This document shows positions 11,281 to 22,536 of a stretch of DNA of 40,137 bases, in pieces; positions within the stretch are counted from its first letter, which is position 1; each line of letters begins with the position of its first letter. Made by a program: the position numbers and the translations under genes. Below the pieces are notes generated by a model, which saw only the letters and a list, made by a program, of their open reading frames with translations, made no database searches and was not told the origin of the DNA. This DNA comes from Sarea resinae (taxonomy: Eukaryota), in contig JAPEUD010000057.1 in NCBI GenBank assembly GCA_026026165.1, positions 124,001-164,137 on the forward strand, written 5' to 3'.

Positions 11281-12778
11281 ATGCCACCGGCCGTCAGTAG
11301 ATTCGGCCCTCAAAGCCTCTCGAATCCTTTTGCGCATCTCCAACAGCCACATCTCCAACATCATCCCGCGCATTCTCAACCGCCAGGCTCGGTCGGCCTT
11401 CCCCCACCATCACTCAATGCTCACCCTACCTTTAGCCCCGGCAATCCGAACCCGAATCTCAATGCCTTTGCTCCTTCTGGCATGACCAATGGCCTTGCCG
11501 GCAGCTTTTCTGGAGGTGGCGGAATCAGCGCTGGTGGAGGGACTGGTCTGGCGAGTCAGGCTGCCCAGATGGGTTTCGCCCATGGTGCCGCCTTGCAACA
11601 ACAACAAGCTCAAGAGGGGGCCATGGCCAGGTCCGATGGGAATCCGATGGCAAAAGGCCGAATACGAGACGTGTGGAAGCAGAACCTGGCACAAGAGATG
11701 CAAGTTTTGCGGGGGCTGGTGGAGAAGTATCCCTATATCAGCATGGTAAGTATCGCGTCTTTTTGATAAAATAAAACTGACCACGCAGGATACGGAATTC
11801 CCTGGTATCGTCGCAAGGCCCATGGGCGCCTTTACCACCAAAGCCGACTATCACTACCAAACGCTTCGATGCAATGTCGATCTCCTCAAGATGATTCAAC
11901 TTGGCATCACTCTTTTTTCCGCCGACGGCGAACTCCCTCCAGCACATGCGGCAGATCCCTCGGGACTGAATACCTACCCAAACAACCTCATGCCCTGTCC
12001 TTGCACCTGGCAGTTTAACTTTCGGTTCTCGCTCCACAACGACATGTACGCACAAGAATCAATCGAAATCCTACAGAAAGCTGGCATCGACTTTCAGACG
12101 CACGAGAAGAATGGAATCGACCCTCTGGAGTTTGGCGCACTTCTGATGACTTCCGGGCTCGTTCTTCTCGATGACGTGCACTGGATTTCCTTTCACTCTG
12201 GCTACGATTTCGGCTATCTGATGAAGATTATGCTCTGCAAGCCTCTGCCCGACGAAGAGACCGAATTCCGAGAGCTCCTCCGCATCTTCTTTCCTTCTCT
12301 CTACGACATCAAGTTCCTGCTGAAACACACGACCAAGAGTGGATCCGTCAACAACTCGCCGCTCACTCCTGCAGCTACTCAGATCATCAGCAGTCTCGGT
12401 CAACGGTCGGGTCTTCAAGATCTGGCCGACGAGCTGGGCGTCAAACGGATAGGATCTCAGCATCAAGCCGGATCTGATTCGCTATTGACCGGCAAGGTCT
12501 TCTGGGAAATGCGACGAGGCATCTTCAACGGCCAGATTGATGACTCTCTCGTCGGTCAAGTCTGGGGACTCAATGGAATCGGCCATCCCGCTTCAAACGT
12601 CTCCCAGACTCCCAATCTGAACGGAGCCACCATCTATTCCAACGGCGCTCCCAGCACACCCAACACCGTTCACGCCGGCTTGGCCAACACCCCGGGCACC
12701 ACCGCCCCATCGGGCATGGGAACCTTGACGCCAGGTGGAGGCGTCGGAGTCTTTGGAGGATTCCAATTCGGAAAGTGA
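11281..12778 (+). CDS. CAF1: CCR4-NOT deadenylase subunit CAF1/POP2 (CNOT7-like)
   Basis: Exons 11281-11745 and 11789-12778. DEDD catalytic motifs SMDTEFPG, FHSGYDFGY, HQAGSDSLLT, plus LRCNVDLLKMIQLG. Confidence 0.94.
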
Positions 12779-13213
12779 CCTTTGTATATTTTCTTACATG
12801 TATTTATTTTAGCAGGAGTTGTCTTGTGCGGCGGCGCTTAACTGGACAATGGGCTGGAATCATTCATGGTGCATTCTTGTCGTCAACCCTGTGACTCAGT
12901 CGAGCCGTCATCGGAGGTAGGATGGATCGAAATGCTATATGTAGTAATATCTCTTTGCTCGTGAAATACACATGTGGGGTTACTTCAGAGGGCAGGACTT
13001 TCATGCCCGAAGGGGTGGAAGCTAAACCCTTTACGGCAAAAGGATCCGAATCGGACGCCCGCTTCTTATCGCCGACCTTATCGAGCATCCACATCCTCCG
13101 CCATTCAGCCGTCGTGGGGATAGAGAATATAGTGTAGAGTTATAGAATATAAGAACTTGATCTCGCTTTCATCTTCCTTCATAATTGACCAACGTGACGG
13201 ACGTGAGACCAAA

Positions 13214-15452
13214 ATGCTCGACTCCATCAAGAAGATTGTCAATGGCGACCCCACCACCCCTCATCCGTTCGATCCTCTGTCGACCGCCGAGATCGAAAAG
13301 GCTGTGAGCATCATCCGCAAGGAACATGGCTCGCTCTTCTACAATGCCATTACGTTGTGGGAGCCGCGCAAGGCCGAGATGATGGAATGGCTGGCCGAGC
13401 CCGAAAGCGCCCCAAGACCGCATCGGGTCGCCGATGTCGTCGTCGTGGCCAAGGGAAGCAAGGTCTACGACGGCTTGGTGGATCTGAACGAGGAAAAGCT
13501 TCTCAAGTGGGAGTCGACCGAAGGAGTGCAACCTCTGGTAGGTTTTTTTTTTCTTCTGAAGCTCATGCTGACCGTCTAGATTACCATGGAAGATCTTCAA
13601 ACCGTCGAGCACGTCGTCCGAAAGGACCCCAAGGTCATTGAGCAATGCGGCATCATCGGCATTCCTCCAGAAGACATGCACAAAGTCTACTGTGACCGTG
13701 AGTCTTTTAGTCTGATCCACAACTAAAGCTAATTTTCTAGCATGGACAATTGGTTACGACGAGCGGTTCGGAAACACCATTCGACTCCAGCAGGCTCTCA
13801 TGTACTACCGTCCCCACATCGACGACAGCCAGTACACCTTTCCCCTCGACTTTTGCCCCATCTTCAACGCCGACACCCAGGAGATTATTCACATCGATGT
13901 GCCACAGGTCAGACGGCCCATCAGCACGGCCCCTCCGAACAACTATCATGTCCCATCCATCGAAGCCGAAGGAGGATACCGAAAAGACATGAAGCCCATC
14001 AACATCACACAGCCAGAAGGCGTTTCCTTCAAGGTCGACGGCCGGACCATTGATTGGCAAAACTGGAAAGTTCACGTCGGCTTCAACTATCGAGAGGGAA
14101 TTGTTTTGAACAATGTCACTTTCAACGACAAGGGCAAGGAACGGCCGGTGTTTTACCGAATGTCTCTGGCCGAGATGGTCGTGCCATACGGTAACCCGGA
14201 ACATCCCCACCAGAGAAAGCATGCCTTTGATCTGGGAGAATATGGTGGTGGCTATATGACCAACAGTCTCAGTCTGGGATGCGATTGTAAAGGCGCCATT
14301 CATTACATGGACGCAGCCTTTGTCAACCGGGCCGGAGCAAGCACTATCATCAAAAACGCCGTCTGCATTCATGAAGAGGACTCGGGGATTCTCTTCAAGC
14401 ATGTACGTTTTTTACCTGCCAATCAATTCCAAGCTGACGCAAGCAGACGGATTTCCGAGATGGATCCATGATCGTCACCCGAGGAAGAAAGCTGATCATC
14501 TCTCACATCTTCACGGCGGCCAACTACGAATACTGCGTGTATTGGATCTTCCACCAAGACGGCACCATCCAGCTCGAGATTAAGCTTACCGGCATTTTGA
14601 ATACCTACGCCCTGAACCCTGGCGAAGACACGTTGGGATGGGGAACCGAGGTATATCCAGGGGTCAACGCACACAACCACCAGCATCTATTCTGCTTACG
14701 GCTGGACCCCAATATCGATGGACCCCAGAACACCGTCTTCCAAGTCGACGCGAAACGCGGTCCTGGCGAGCCCGGCAGCGCCGAGAATAAGTATGGTAAT
14801 GCCTTTTTCGCCGAAAAGACCAAATTCAAAACCGCCAAAGAGTCCCTGTCCGACTATGACGGCAGCACCAGTCGCACGTGGGAGATGGCCAATACCAACA
14901 AGCTCAACGAATACAGCCACAAGCCCGTCAGCTACAAGCTCGTCAGCCGCGAGGTTCCAACCCTCTTACCCCGGCCAGGAGGTCTCGTCTGGAAGCGCGC
15001 CGGATTCGCCCGTCACGCCGTGCACGTCACCAAGTGTAAGTCTCTCCCCGGATTCGATGAACAGAAACTGACTGTAGCAAGACTCGGACGAGCAAATCCA
15101 TCCAGCAGGCCGTCACGTCCCTCAGACATCCGGCGACCCATCCAAGGGTCTTCCCGAGTGGATCGCCGAGGACGAAAACGCCAACATTGACAATACCGAT
15201 GTTGTGCTTTGGCACACCTTCGGCATCACCCATTTCCCCGCGCCCGAAGACTATCCCATCATGCCCGCCGAACCAATGACCTTGTTGCTCCGGCCACGGA
15301 ACTTTTTCCTCAAGAACCCCGCCCTCGATGTTCCCCCTAGCTATTGCGTCTTGCCGAGTCAAAAGGCCGGAGTCCAAGGCAAGGTGCACGATGCCGCGGA
15401 CAAGATGAGTCGCCTTGCCTTTGGGGAGGCCAGTGGATGTTGTAGCAAGTAA
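13214..15452 (+). CDS. Copper-containing primary amine oxidase (TPQ cofactor)
   Basis: Exons 13214-13537, 13580-13697, 13741-14402, 14447-15035, 15082-15452. PHPFDPLS, DPWTIGYDERF, SLSLGCDCKG, IHEED, ANYEY (TPQ site), AHNHQH and GITHFP (Cu ligands). Confidence 0.95.
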
Positions 15453-15837
15453 TTCAATAGGGATATCAAGATGGGCCATACTCGTAGCGAATGTAGGGGT
15501 GTTTAAAATTATGACTGTCAAGGGAATATACGAGGAATACAACATAGCAAGGATCATATGACGAATATCAACTATAACAATCACGAATCTCTTCATTCCA
15601 GACAAAGCTCGGTCGTGAATTGGTCGTTGTGAAGATGACTGCTTAGTAAGCGCGTTCTCCAATCCCAACTATCGCGAGCCGACCAGACAGCTGTCATCAT
15701 ACAATAACTCTCAATAATATCCAACACCTTACGGTGGCTCTCCAGCAACGAAACAAATCCCCTCGAGTAGAAACTTCCGGCGAGACATCTCACATCAACT
15801 CGTAGCTACGCCCCCACGTCTACGGCCACAACCAACC

Positions 15838-16473
15838 ATGGCCGAAGACACGGAAACATTCACGCTCCTCCCCATCGCGCTCGACCCCACCAGCAAAGCC
15901 ATCACCACGACCTCGTCCTCGCTCTCCCTCTCGACCGAACTCGCCTCCCTCAATGCCCTCCACCGCTCCCTCCTGACCCTCACGACACCGCACCAGGTCC
16001 CGCCGCCGCCCGTGCCCATCAACCCGAAACGCAGCGCGCAAATCACCAAGATGCGCGAAAACGCCAACGCGCAGCTGCGGCGCGCCACCCCCAAGGATGT
16101 CGCCCCCGCCCGCGAGGCCATCCGGCTCTACACCTTTGCGCTGGATATGGCGCTGGGCCGGCCCGCGTGGGAGCCGGCCGCGCTCGTGCGCGAGGAGGTC
16201 GCTGCCCTCTACGCCAATCGCGCGCAGGCGTATCTGAATGTCGGCCTCTGGGTCGAGGCGCGCGGCGATGCCGAGGCTAGTGTCGTGTGTAAGCGCGTCG
16301 GCAATGTCAAGGCGTGGTGGCGCTGGGGCAGGGCCTTGGTGGAGATGGGGCTCTGGGAGGAGGCCGGACGGGTCGTCGGAGAGGGCATCGAGGCTGAGGG
16401 CGGCGCGGAGGTGGATCGGGAGTTGGGCTTGTTGAGAGACGAGGTCGAGAAGAAGTTGAGGGCGGGCGTGTAG
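15838..16473 (+). CDS. SEC72: ER translocation complex TPR subunit Sec72
   Basis: Intronless 211 aa. FTLLPIALDP, VPPPPVPINPKRSAQITKMRE, ALGRPAWEP, LYANRAQA, GNVKAWWRWGRAL (TPR-like). Confidence 0.85.
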   Translation: MAEDTETFTLLPIALDPTSKAITTTSSSLSLSTELASLNALHRSLLTLTTPHQVPPPPVPINPKRSAQITKMRENANAQLRRATPKDVAPAREAIRLYTFALDMALGRPAWEPAALVREEVAALYANRAQAYLNVGLWVEARGDAEASVVCKRVGNVKAWWRWGRALVEMGLWEEAGRVVGEGIEAEGGAEVDRELGLLRDEVEKKLRAGV

Positions 16474-16475
16474 GT

Positions 16476-16560
16476 GGGGATTCCAGGACGAGGCCGGAAG
16501 CAGGACGAGGGGGGATTTCAGGACGAGGCTGGAACCAGGACGAGGCAGGAAACAAGACGA
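16476..16560 (+). repeat. Degenerate minisatellite with CAGGACGAGG core, 17-18 bp period
   Basis: Cores at 16484, 16501, 16519, 16536 and a degenerate one at 16553; looks like a duplicated ~35-bp higher-order unit. Confidence 0.8.
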
Positions 16561-17536
16561 TGAGAAGGGAAAGCAAGACCTTGAGAAGACGAGAGACAAC
16601 GCTCACAAGGATGGGGGAAAGAGCGCGTGTATCATGAGAGAAGATGTTCGAAGAGAGAAAGAGAAGAAGAAAGGGGGAAACAAAACCGGCGTTTTTCTCT
16701 ACCCTCACCACAGTGCAGCAGCTCTTGCATGCTTCACATTGCACCTTTACATTGCGCATTGGCCGTTTCATGTCTTATACATGGTATTTTGTTCCTACAT
16801 ATTTTCGTCCAAGCGTGTCCGCTACATCATGTCCGCTATCATGTACTCGTCTGCCAACATAACCTCCCCACCTATCTACCAACCTACGCCGTACACGTAC
16901 GGACCTACTCTGAGACCAAGCAGACGTCAGTCACTTAGCTAAGCAGGTGTTGGGTGTGACGCTCTAAGAATTCCCCACCTTTACCTTTATTTCTCTGACT
17001 TTACTTGGAGGTTTGTAGATTAGATGAGGTTCGCTGTCGATAGGGCTAGTGGGGTTGTTTTGCTTTGGCCGGGGAGGTAGGTCGGTATGGGTTTATCCTT
17101 GTGGTTGTATTTGTGGATGGCGACGTCGTTGCCGTTGGTGATCGAGTGAGACGGGATTCTCAAGTGTTCTTCCATCTCGTCGTGTGGCGTTCAAGTCCAA
17201 GCCGAGCCGCAATGGTCTCACGACATGACGCGTTTGGCGGCAGCCTCTTTGGGGCTTGACGATGGCGATGCGATGCGTCCAAGCGACAGGCCCCGGCCGG
17301 CAGTTGTGTCGCTAGCATCGGCACTGCTGCATCGTGTGACCGACCAACTCATAGTACTCGAACGAGCCTCGGCGCCAAGCTTCCCCTTCCATTTAGAGGG
17401 ATCTCCCCGCCCGTCCCCACGCCTATCGGCGCATCGTCAGCATTACCAACCCCGCCTGCCGCGCTGTAGGCACCTTGGAGCTCTCTCCATCTGCCACCAG
17501 GGAGCTTAGCCCCGGAGCTCCTCGCGCTTTGCTGCT

Positions 17537-17561
17537 CGCTTGCTTGCTTGCTTGCTTGCTT
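17537..17561 (+). repeat. (GCTT)n microsatellite
   Basis: gcttgcttgcttgcttgcttgct. Confidence 0.85.
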
Positions 17562-17732
17562 TTTCTGGAAAACAGCTCCTCACGCGATGTTCTATTCTTA
17601 TGCGCCTCGTGTACAGAGATATATCCCTTTGCTTCCGGTCCTTGTCTCCCTTTCGTTTTCAGCGTTTCTGCCATGCAGTCAACACCTGCAAATCAATCGT
17701 GTCAATCTCTGTAACGCTCTCACGACGTCACC

Positions 17733-18662
17733 ATGTGGTCTCTAACCGCCACGCTCACGTACCTGAAACTCAAATGCCTGGCAACACTCGTGCGGGTCTA
17801 CTACCGCCTCTTCGAAACCGGCCCCCCCGCCACGATGCACTATGACTCGATCCTCAACATCCCGTCCCGCGACGCCGGCAGGACGATCAAGACGCACGTC
17901 TACGAGTCGACACTCCCCCACAGCGGCCCTCGCCCGGTCCTCATCAACCTGCACAGCAGCGGCTTCGTGCTGCCGCTCCACGGCACCGGCGACGCCTTCA
18001 GCCACCACATCGCCACGCACACGCCCTACACCGTCCTCGACGCCTCGTACCGCCTGTCGCCCGAATACCCCTTCCCCGCCGCCCTGAACGACAGCACCGA
18101 CGTGATCAACCACGTCCTCTCGCAACCAGACAGATACGACACCACGCGCATCTCCGTCTCGGGCTTCAGCGCCGGCGGCACGCTCGCCCTCGTCGCCGCC
18201 CTCCTCACCTTCCCCAAGGACACCTTCCGCTCCATCCTGGCCTACTACCCACCCACCAAACAGTCGCAGGACCACGGCTCCAAAGCCGCGCCCGACCCCT
18301 CGGGCCACCCGATCCCCGGCCCCATCGGCCGCATCTTCACCGCCTCCTACTGCTTCCACCCCGTCGCGCCCTACGACCCCGCCGACCCGCGCATCTCGCC
18401 CTACTTTGCCCCGCTCGCCAACCTGCCCGCCCGCATCCTCTTCGTCACGTGCGCCTGCGACAGCCTGGCGCCCGAGACCGAGGAGCTGGCGCAGCGCGCC
18501 CAGGCCGAGGCGGGCCCCGGCATCCGCGTCGTCAGCAGGCGCATGCCCGGCTGCGATCACTCGTGGGATATCTCGCCTAACCTCGGGCCCCTGCAGCGAA
18601 AGGCTAGGGATGATGCCTATGCGCTCGCGGTTGCGATGCTGAATGAGCAGGAGGTCGAGTGA
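17733..18662 (+). CDS. Alpha/beta hydrolase, HSL family (Abhydrolase_3) esterase/lipase
   Basis: Intronless 309 aa. PVLINLHSSGF, YRLSPEYPFPAALND, nucleophile GFSAGG, CDSL (Asp), DHSWD (His). Confidence 0.9.
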   Translation: MWSLTATLTYLKLKCLATLVRVYYRLFETGPPATMHYDSILNIPSRDAGRTIKTHVYESTLPHSGPRPVLINLHSSGFVLPLHGTGDAFSHHIATHTPYTVLDASYRLSPEYPFPAALNDSTDVINHVLSQPDRYDTTRISVSGFSAGGTLALVAALLTFPKDTFRSILAYYPPTKQSQDHGSKAAPDPSGHPIPGPIGRIFTASYCFHPVAPYDPADPRISPYFAPLANLPARILFVTCACDSLAPETEELAQRAQAEAGPGIRVVSRRMPGCDHSWDISPNLGPLQRKARDDAYALAVAMLNEQEVE

Positions 18663-19085
18663 GTCGGGCCGGTCGAGAAGGTTCGACAATGGTCGTTCTG
18701 GCTGGCGGGAGATCGGGGGCGGTGGTGGGGGCGTAGGGGGGCGGGGGAAGGGGGTGGCGCTATATGTACTCTCCTCTCTCTCTCTTCTCCCGTTTCTAGA
18801 CGTTTTCGTAGTATAGGTAAGGTAGGGTAAGGGAGGCAATGGCACGCCATGGCTGGTATCTGATAGAATAGAAACAATAAAACAATAAAAATGCTTCCAT
18901 AACATTCATATAGAATAGAAAAGTCTTGTATCGTATTATATCGTATCAACTCACCTCAGGCTAGGCTAGACAGCTATGGATATATGATCTGACTAGGTAG
19001 ACGGTGTTGAAGACATTGCAGCAATTCCCTCCCTAGATACGCTTTGAAAATAGTATAGTAATCCTATATCAATACTATATCGATC

Positions 19086-19515
19086 ATAGATAACAGATAA
19101 CAGATAGATAGATAAACAGATGACAAGACCGCAGGACCAGCGACAAGATTCTACTTGCGTCTCGTCCTGTCTCGTCTCGTCTCGTCTCGTCTCGTCTCAT
19201 CCGAGTTAGCTGACTGGTTGGCTGGCTGGCTATGACAAACTCGTAAAAAGCAGTGGACGGGAAGCGGGAGAAGTGCGAGAATGAGAAGCGGAGGGGAGGG
19301 AAGTGCGAGAATGAGAAGCCAAAGGGAAACGGAAGGCAAGGCAAGGCAAGGCAAGGCAAGGCAAGGCAAGGCAAGGCAAGGCAAGGCAAGGGAAGGGAAG
19401 GGAAGGGAAGAGACGGGACGGGAACGGAGTGAGAGTGATAGTGTCTGTCTGTCTGTCTGAGGTAGAGTACACATAAGGTAGAGTCCACGTAAGGTAGGTA
19501 GGTAAGGTAGGTAGG
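19086..19515. repeat. Microsatellite cluster: (CAGATA)-like, (GTCTC)n, (AAGGC)n/(AAGGG)n, (GTCT)n, (AGGT)n, and a 20-bp duplication
   Basis: Read directly: (GTCTC)n ~19159-19198; (AAGGC)n then (AAGGG)n ~19333-19410; GAAGTGCGAGAATGAGAAGC at ~19270 and ~19300. Confidence 0.9.
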
Positions 19516-19567
19516 AAGAGGTGAGGTTGGGAGAGGTGAAGTGGGGTGCACGGGTTTGACGGGAAAC

Positions 19568-19733
19568 TGGTGAGGCGTTCGACGAAAAAAGTCCCGAAAA
19601 CTACGACATAGCCCTCCAAAGTGAGACAGACGTTCGACGAAGACGAGCCCGAGTGGAGGAGAGTTCGACTTTCTCGCCGGCCGTTATCCCAAAAATGGTG
19701 AGACGTTCGACGAAAAAGTGTCGAAAACTACGA
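19568..19733 (+). repeat. Imperfect ~38-bp direct repeat with GTTCGACGAA cores
   Basis: TGGTGAGGCGTTCGACGAAAAAAGTCCCGAAAACTACGA (19568-19606) vs TGGTGAGACGTTCGACGAAAAAGTGTCGAAAACTACGA (19696-19733); extra GACGTTCGACG cores near 19628 and 19813. Confidence 0.8.
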
Positions 19734-20237
19734 TTGGGAGATTACGTAAGCTGAGGTCTGTGGGTGCCTGGATTCGCGGTCCCTCTCTAAAATCATTGGA
19801 TGTGTAGTAGTAGACGTTCGACGGAAACAGTATGAAACTAACCTGAAGGTACCTGTCTCTGTGTACTCTTCAATACTCCGAATTGGAAGTAGCTGGAGCA
19901 CCACGCTCAGGTAAGAAGCTAAGGTAGACAGTGATAAGCATCTTGATGTGATCATAGATGGAAGCTCTTGCTGCCTTATACGTGATGAGTGTGTCGGTGT
20001 CTGTTTATCTTGACGTGATAGCTTGCCTTGCCAGTGAAGCATTATGCTGATCCGACTTATCAGTGACTGAGACGTGTAGCTCAGGCCGAAAGATATAAGA
20101 AAAGTTACGGGTAAGCTGTATGAGATATTTGTTAAGCATAGCGATAGGTTTCACCGAGGCGAAGATTACGAGGTAGTAGATGACCAAAAATAGGACAATG
20201 CATTGATTCAGCAAGAAAGCTAAGTCCCAAAAAAGTA

Positions 20238-20402
20238 TCACCACAGCCAGGCACCCCCCCGCCCCCATCGCCCTCCTCGACCCCCTCGGCCTCCTCGGCC
20301 CCCTCTTCCCCCTCGGCCCCGGCCCCCCCGGCCCCCCCGGCCCCCCCGGCCACGCCACTGTTGTTGCTGTTGTTGCTGGTGCTGCTGCTGGTACTGCTGG
20401 TA

Positions 20403-20469
<67 letters not shown>

Positions 20470-21221
20470 CACTGCTGCTGCCCCTGGGGCCCAGGACCGT
20501 AGAAATTGGACCCACCCATAATAATTTGCTGAGGACAACGTTAGTAACACATCAAAGGAATGGTCCAGGTATGACTTACGGTGGGCCAATAAACTACGGC
20601 CCCGAGCCCCCCCACGGGAAGAGAAGGCAGGCCGGGCGCGGGCACGGGGAGGAGGAGATGGCGGGGCGGGCGGGCGGCGGCGGGCGGGCGAGCAATTCCA
20701 GCCCAGCCATGGGGCCGGACACGACCCCGGCCCCGGGCGCGGGGGTGCGGGCCCAGTCGCTCCTCGAGCTGCACCCACCTCTCCACTATGAGTATGTATT
20801 AGTTTCGATCATCAATCATCAACAAAACCAAGTATTACACTTACCAGAGGCGACCGATGGGCCGCGTGGGGGCCGTGGGCGGGGGCCGGCTGGCGGTGGC
20901 GGTGGTGCTGGGGTTGGAGCTGGGGCTGGTGGTGGTGGTGGTGGTGGTGGAGGAGGAGGAGGAGGAGGAGGAGGAGGAGGATGGTGAGGACGCGGCGAAT
21001 GGGATCTTCTATTATCTACACGTTGTTAGCATCTTACTCGAATAGGTCTCACCAAGGACGTGATAGATCAGGAATGACAGGCTCAAATTGAGAGTAGTGA
21101 AGGTGAAGTAAGAAGAGGAAGGTCTCAATAGGATCGAGAGGATAACATTGAGAACAATAAGACGATGGCCTTGCTCAAAGAGTAGGTCCGACGATAGGAA
21201 GTATAACTCACTGTCTGTCAT
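20238..21221 (-). CDS. Orphan 264-aa protein (copy A): hydrophobic N-terminus, poly-Pro, conserved core, poly-Gln, RGG repeats, ends AWLW
   Basis: Exons 21221-21212, 21169-21053, 21015-20845, 20785-20580, 20528-20238 (795 nt). GT..AG introns give consistent phases and no stops. The paralog at 25.2-25.6 kb keeps the exon-4 frame with synonymous changes and in-frame indels. The start codon and the 37-nt intron 2 are the least certain parts. Confidence 0.62.
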
Positions 21222-21987
21222 CTTTGAAGTAGTGATAACCAAAGAGGAAAGGAAAAAGGAAAGGAAAGGAAGACGGAATCTGGACCTACTCATACCTACG
21301 ACTACGGGTTACCCTACGACCATTTTGGACACTCGATTCACCCATTGTGCGAGTCATCCTCAAACGGTTTCAGAGGTGGTCCGATTAGGGCAGGGCTTGC
21401 AGACACTGCTGAGAGCATATGACCTCAGGTTCACGTCGGCCACTCCAGCTGTTGCCGTCATGATGGCTCGCTACCAACGGGACGGGATGGACGATTGGGC
21501 TGAACTGGTATCGTTGCTGCCTGTCCTCTGCTTTCATGTGAGCTCCATCTTTCTCGCATAGAAAGTAATAGACAAGGCATCACTATGATTATGTTTAGTG
21601 ACGTAAGCTCTGATCGTTATAGCGAATTCGAAATCGGTGAGATGTCATGATAATGGAAGCCATCGTCATCACCATAGCAGTAGAGTCTCATGTGGTTCCG
21701 GCGTATGATGCCCGATCCATACAGGTGGTATGGCATGCTGCCCACCTCAGTTCATCTGTGATCTTATGATATCGAAATGAAGCTTCGTGGTGATCTCAAT
21801 GAATCCGGATGACGAGACACAGTAGAACATGCGAGCGAGCGTACGGACTGGATGTTAAACGTCAACAGAGGGCTCATTTGCATTGATCCACCATCATTCA
21901 ACCTCGACCAGACCCCCAAGCTGTTGGCTTCGTCTATCTCGATTCACGATGCTTGATCACAGATGCAATTGGACACGACCCTCGAAC

Positions 21988-22536
21988 CTAGAAGTAGTTG
22001 GTGTTTAGCTGTAGGACAAAAAAAAGTCTGAAAGACACAGGGAAAAGCGGGGGCAATATAGTCTTCAATAAAGCACAGCAAACACAGATAAGGACAGCAG
22101 GTACAGCATATAAAAGAGGATGTGTAGAGTTTTCTGGTGGCACGCGTCCTTTACGGATTCTTTCCTGACACTTCTCAGCCAGCGCTGTCAATGTGCTGAT
22201 TAGTCCTTTCGAGGGCATGGACCAGATCATTGTGTTTGGGCCACTTGGAACAGAGACCACTAGACCATCAGCAGCACCGGCTGCGGTACTGTCAAGTCGT
22301 TGAAGCAGAACTGTCAGAATGGGCGCAGACAAAAGCATTGAATCAAAATAAGCAGCCCGAAATCTTTTCAAAACCATCCTTTTCTTATCGATGGCCCTAC
22401 AGTCATGAAAGCATCGCGGCATATCTCCGTGGGACAAATCAAGCCAAAAGGACACTTTGAGTACACAACGCAGCTCTACCCCATTTCCATACTCAATTAT
22501 AAATTGCGAGACTGATCGATATCGGGCTGCTGTCAT
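21988..22536 (-). other. Unassigned 182-aa ORF in island 1, possibly a degenerate gene
   Basis: Open frame from an ATG on the same strand as the other island genes; no recognisable motif. Confidence 0.2.

Noticed and set aside
15540..15740. Possible box C/D snoRNA on the minus strand (ATGATGA near 15697)
   Set aside because: No downstream CTGA D box or terminal stem found.
16476..16560. Regularly spaced repeats as a CRISPR-like array (also 19568-19733)
   Set aside because: Eukaryotic locus; the repeats are too short or too few, with no unique spacers of proper length and no cas genes.
17742..18905. 387-aa minus-strand ORF, and similar antisense ORFs over SEC72, DDGS, amine oxidase and RPF1
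   Set aside because: Antisense shadows caused by high GC3 codon bias in real genes.
19084..19619. ORFs containing PCLAL and DETRR repeats
   Set aside because: Translations of pentanucleotide microsatellites.
20361..20987. Plus-strand poly-Leu/poly-Gly ORF (208 aa) and the alternative minus frames (poly-AT, poly-SN)
   Set aside because: These are shadows of the trinucleotide repeats. All splice signals and the frame conserved with the paralog support the minus-strand P/Q/RGG reading.
21280..21323. Extra upstream coding exon ATGGTCGTAGG|gtaacc for the orphan gene (also at ~26050)
   Set aside because: It needs a 33-nt intron in copy A and gives dissimilar peptides in the two copies; more likely 5' UTR or promoter sequence. 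Not excluded.
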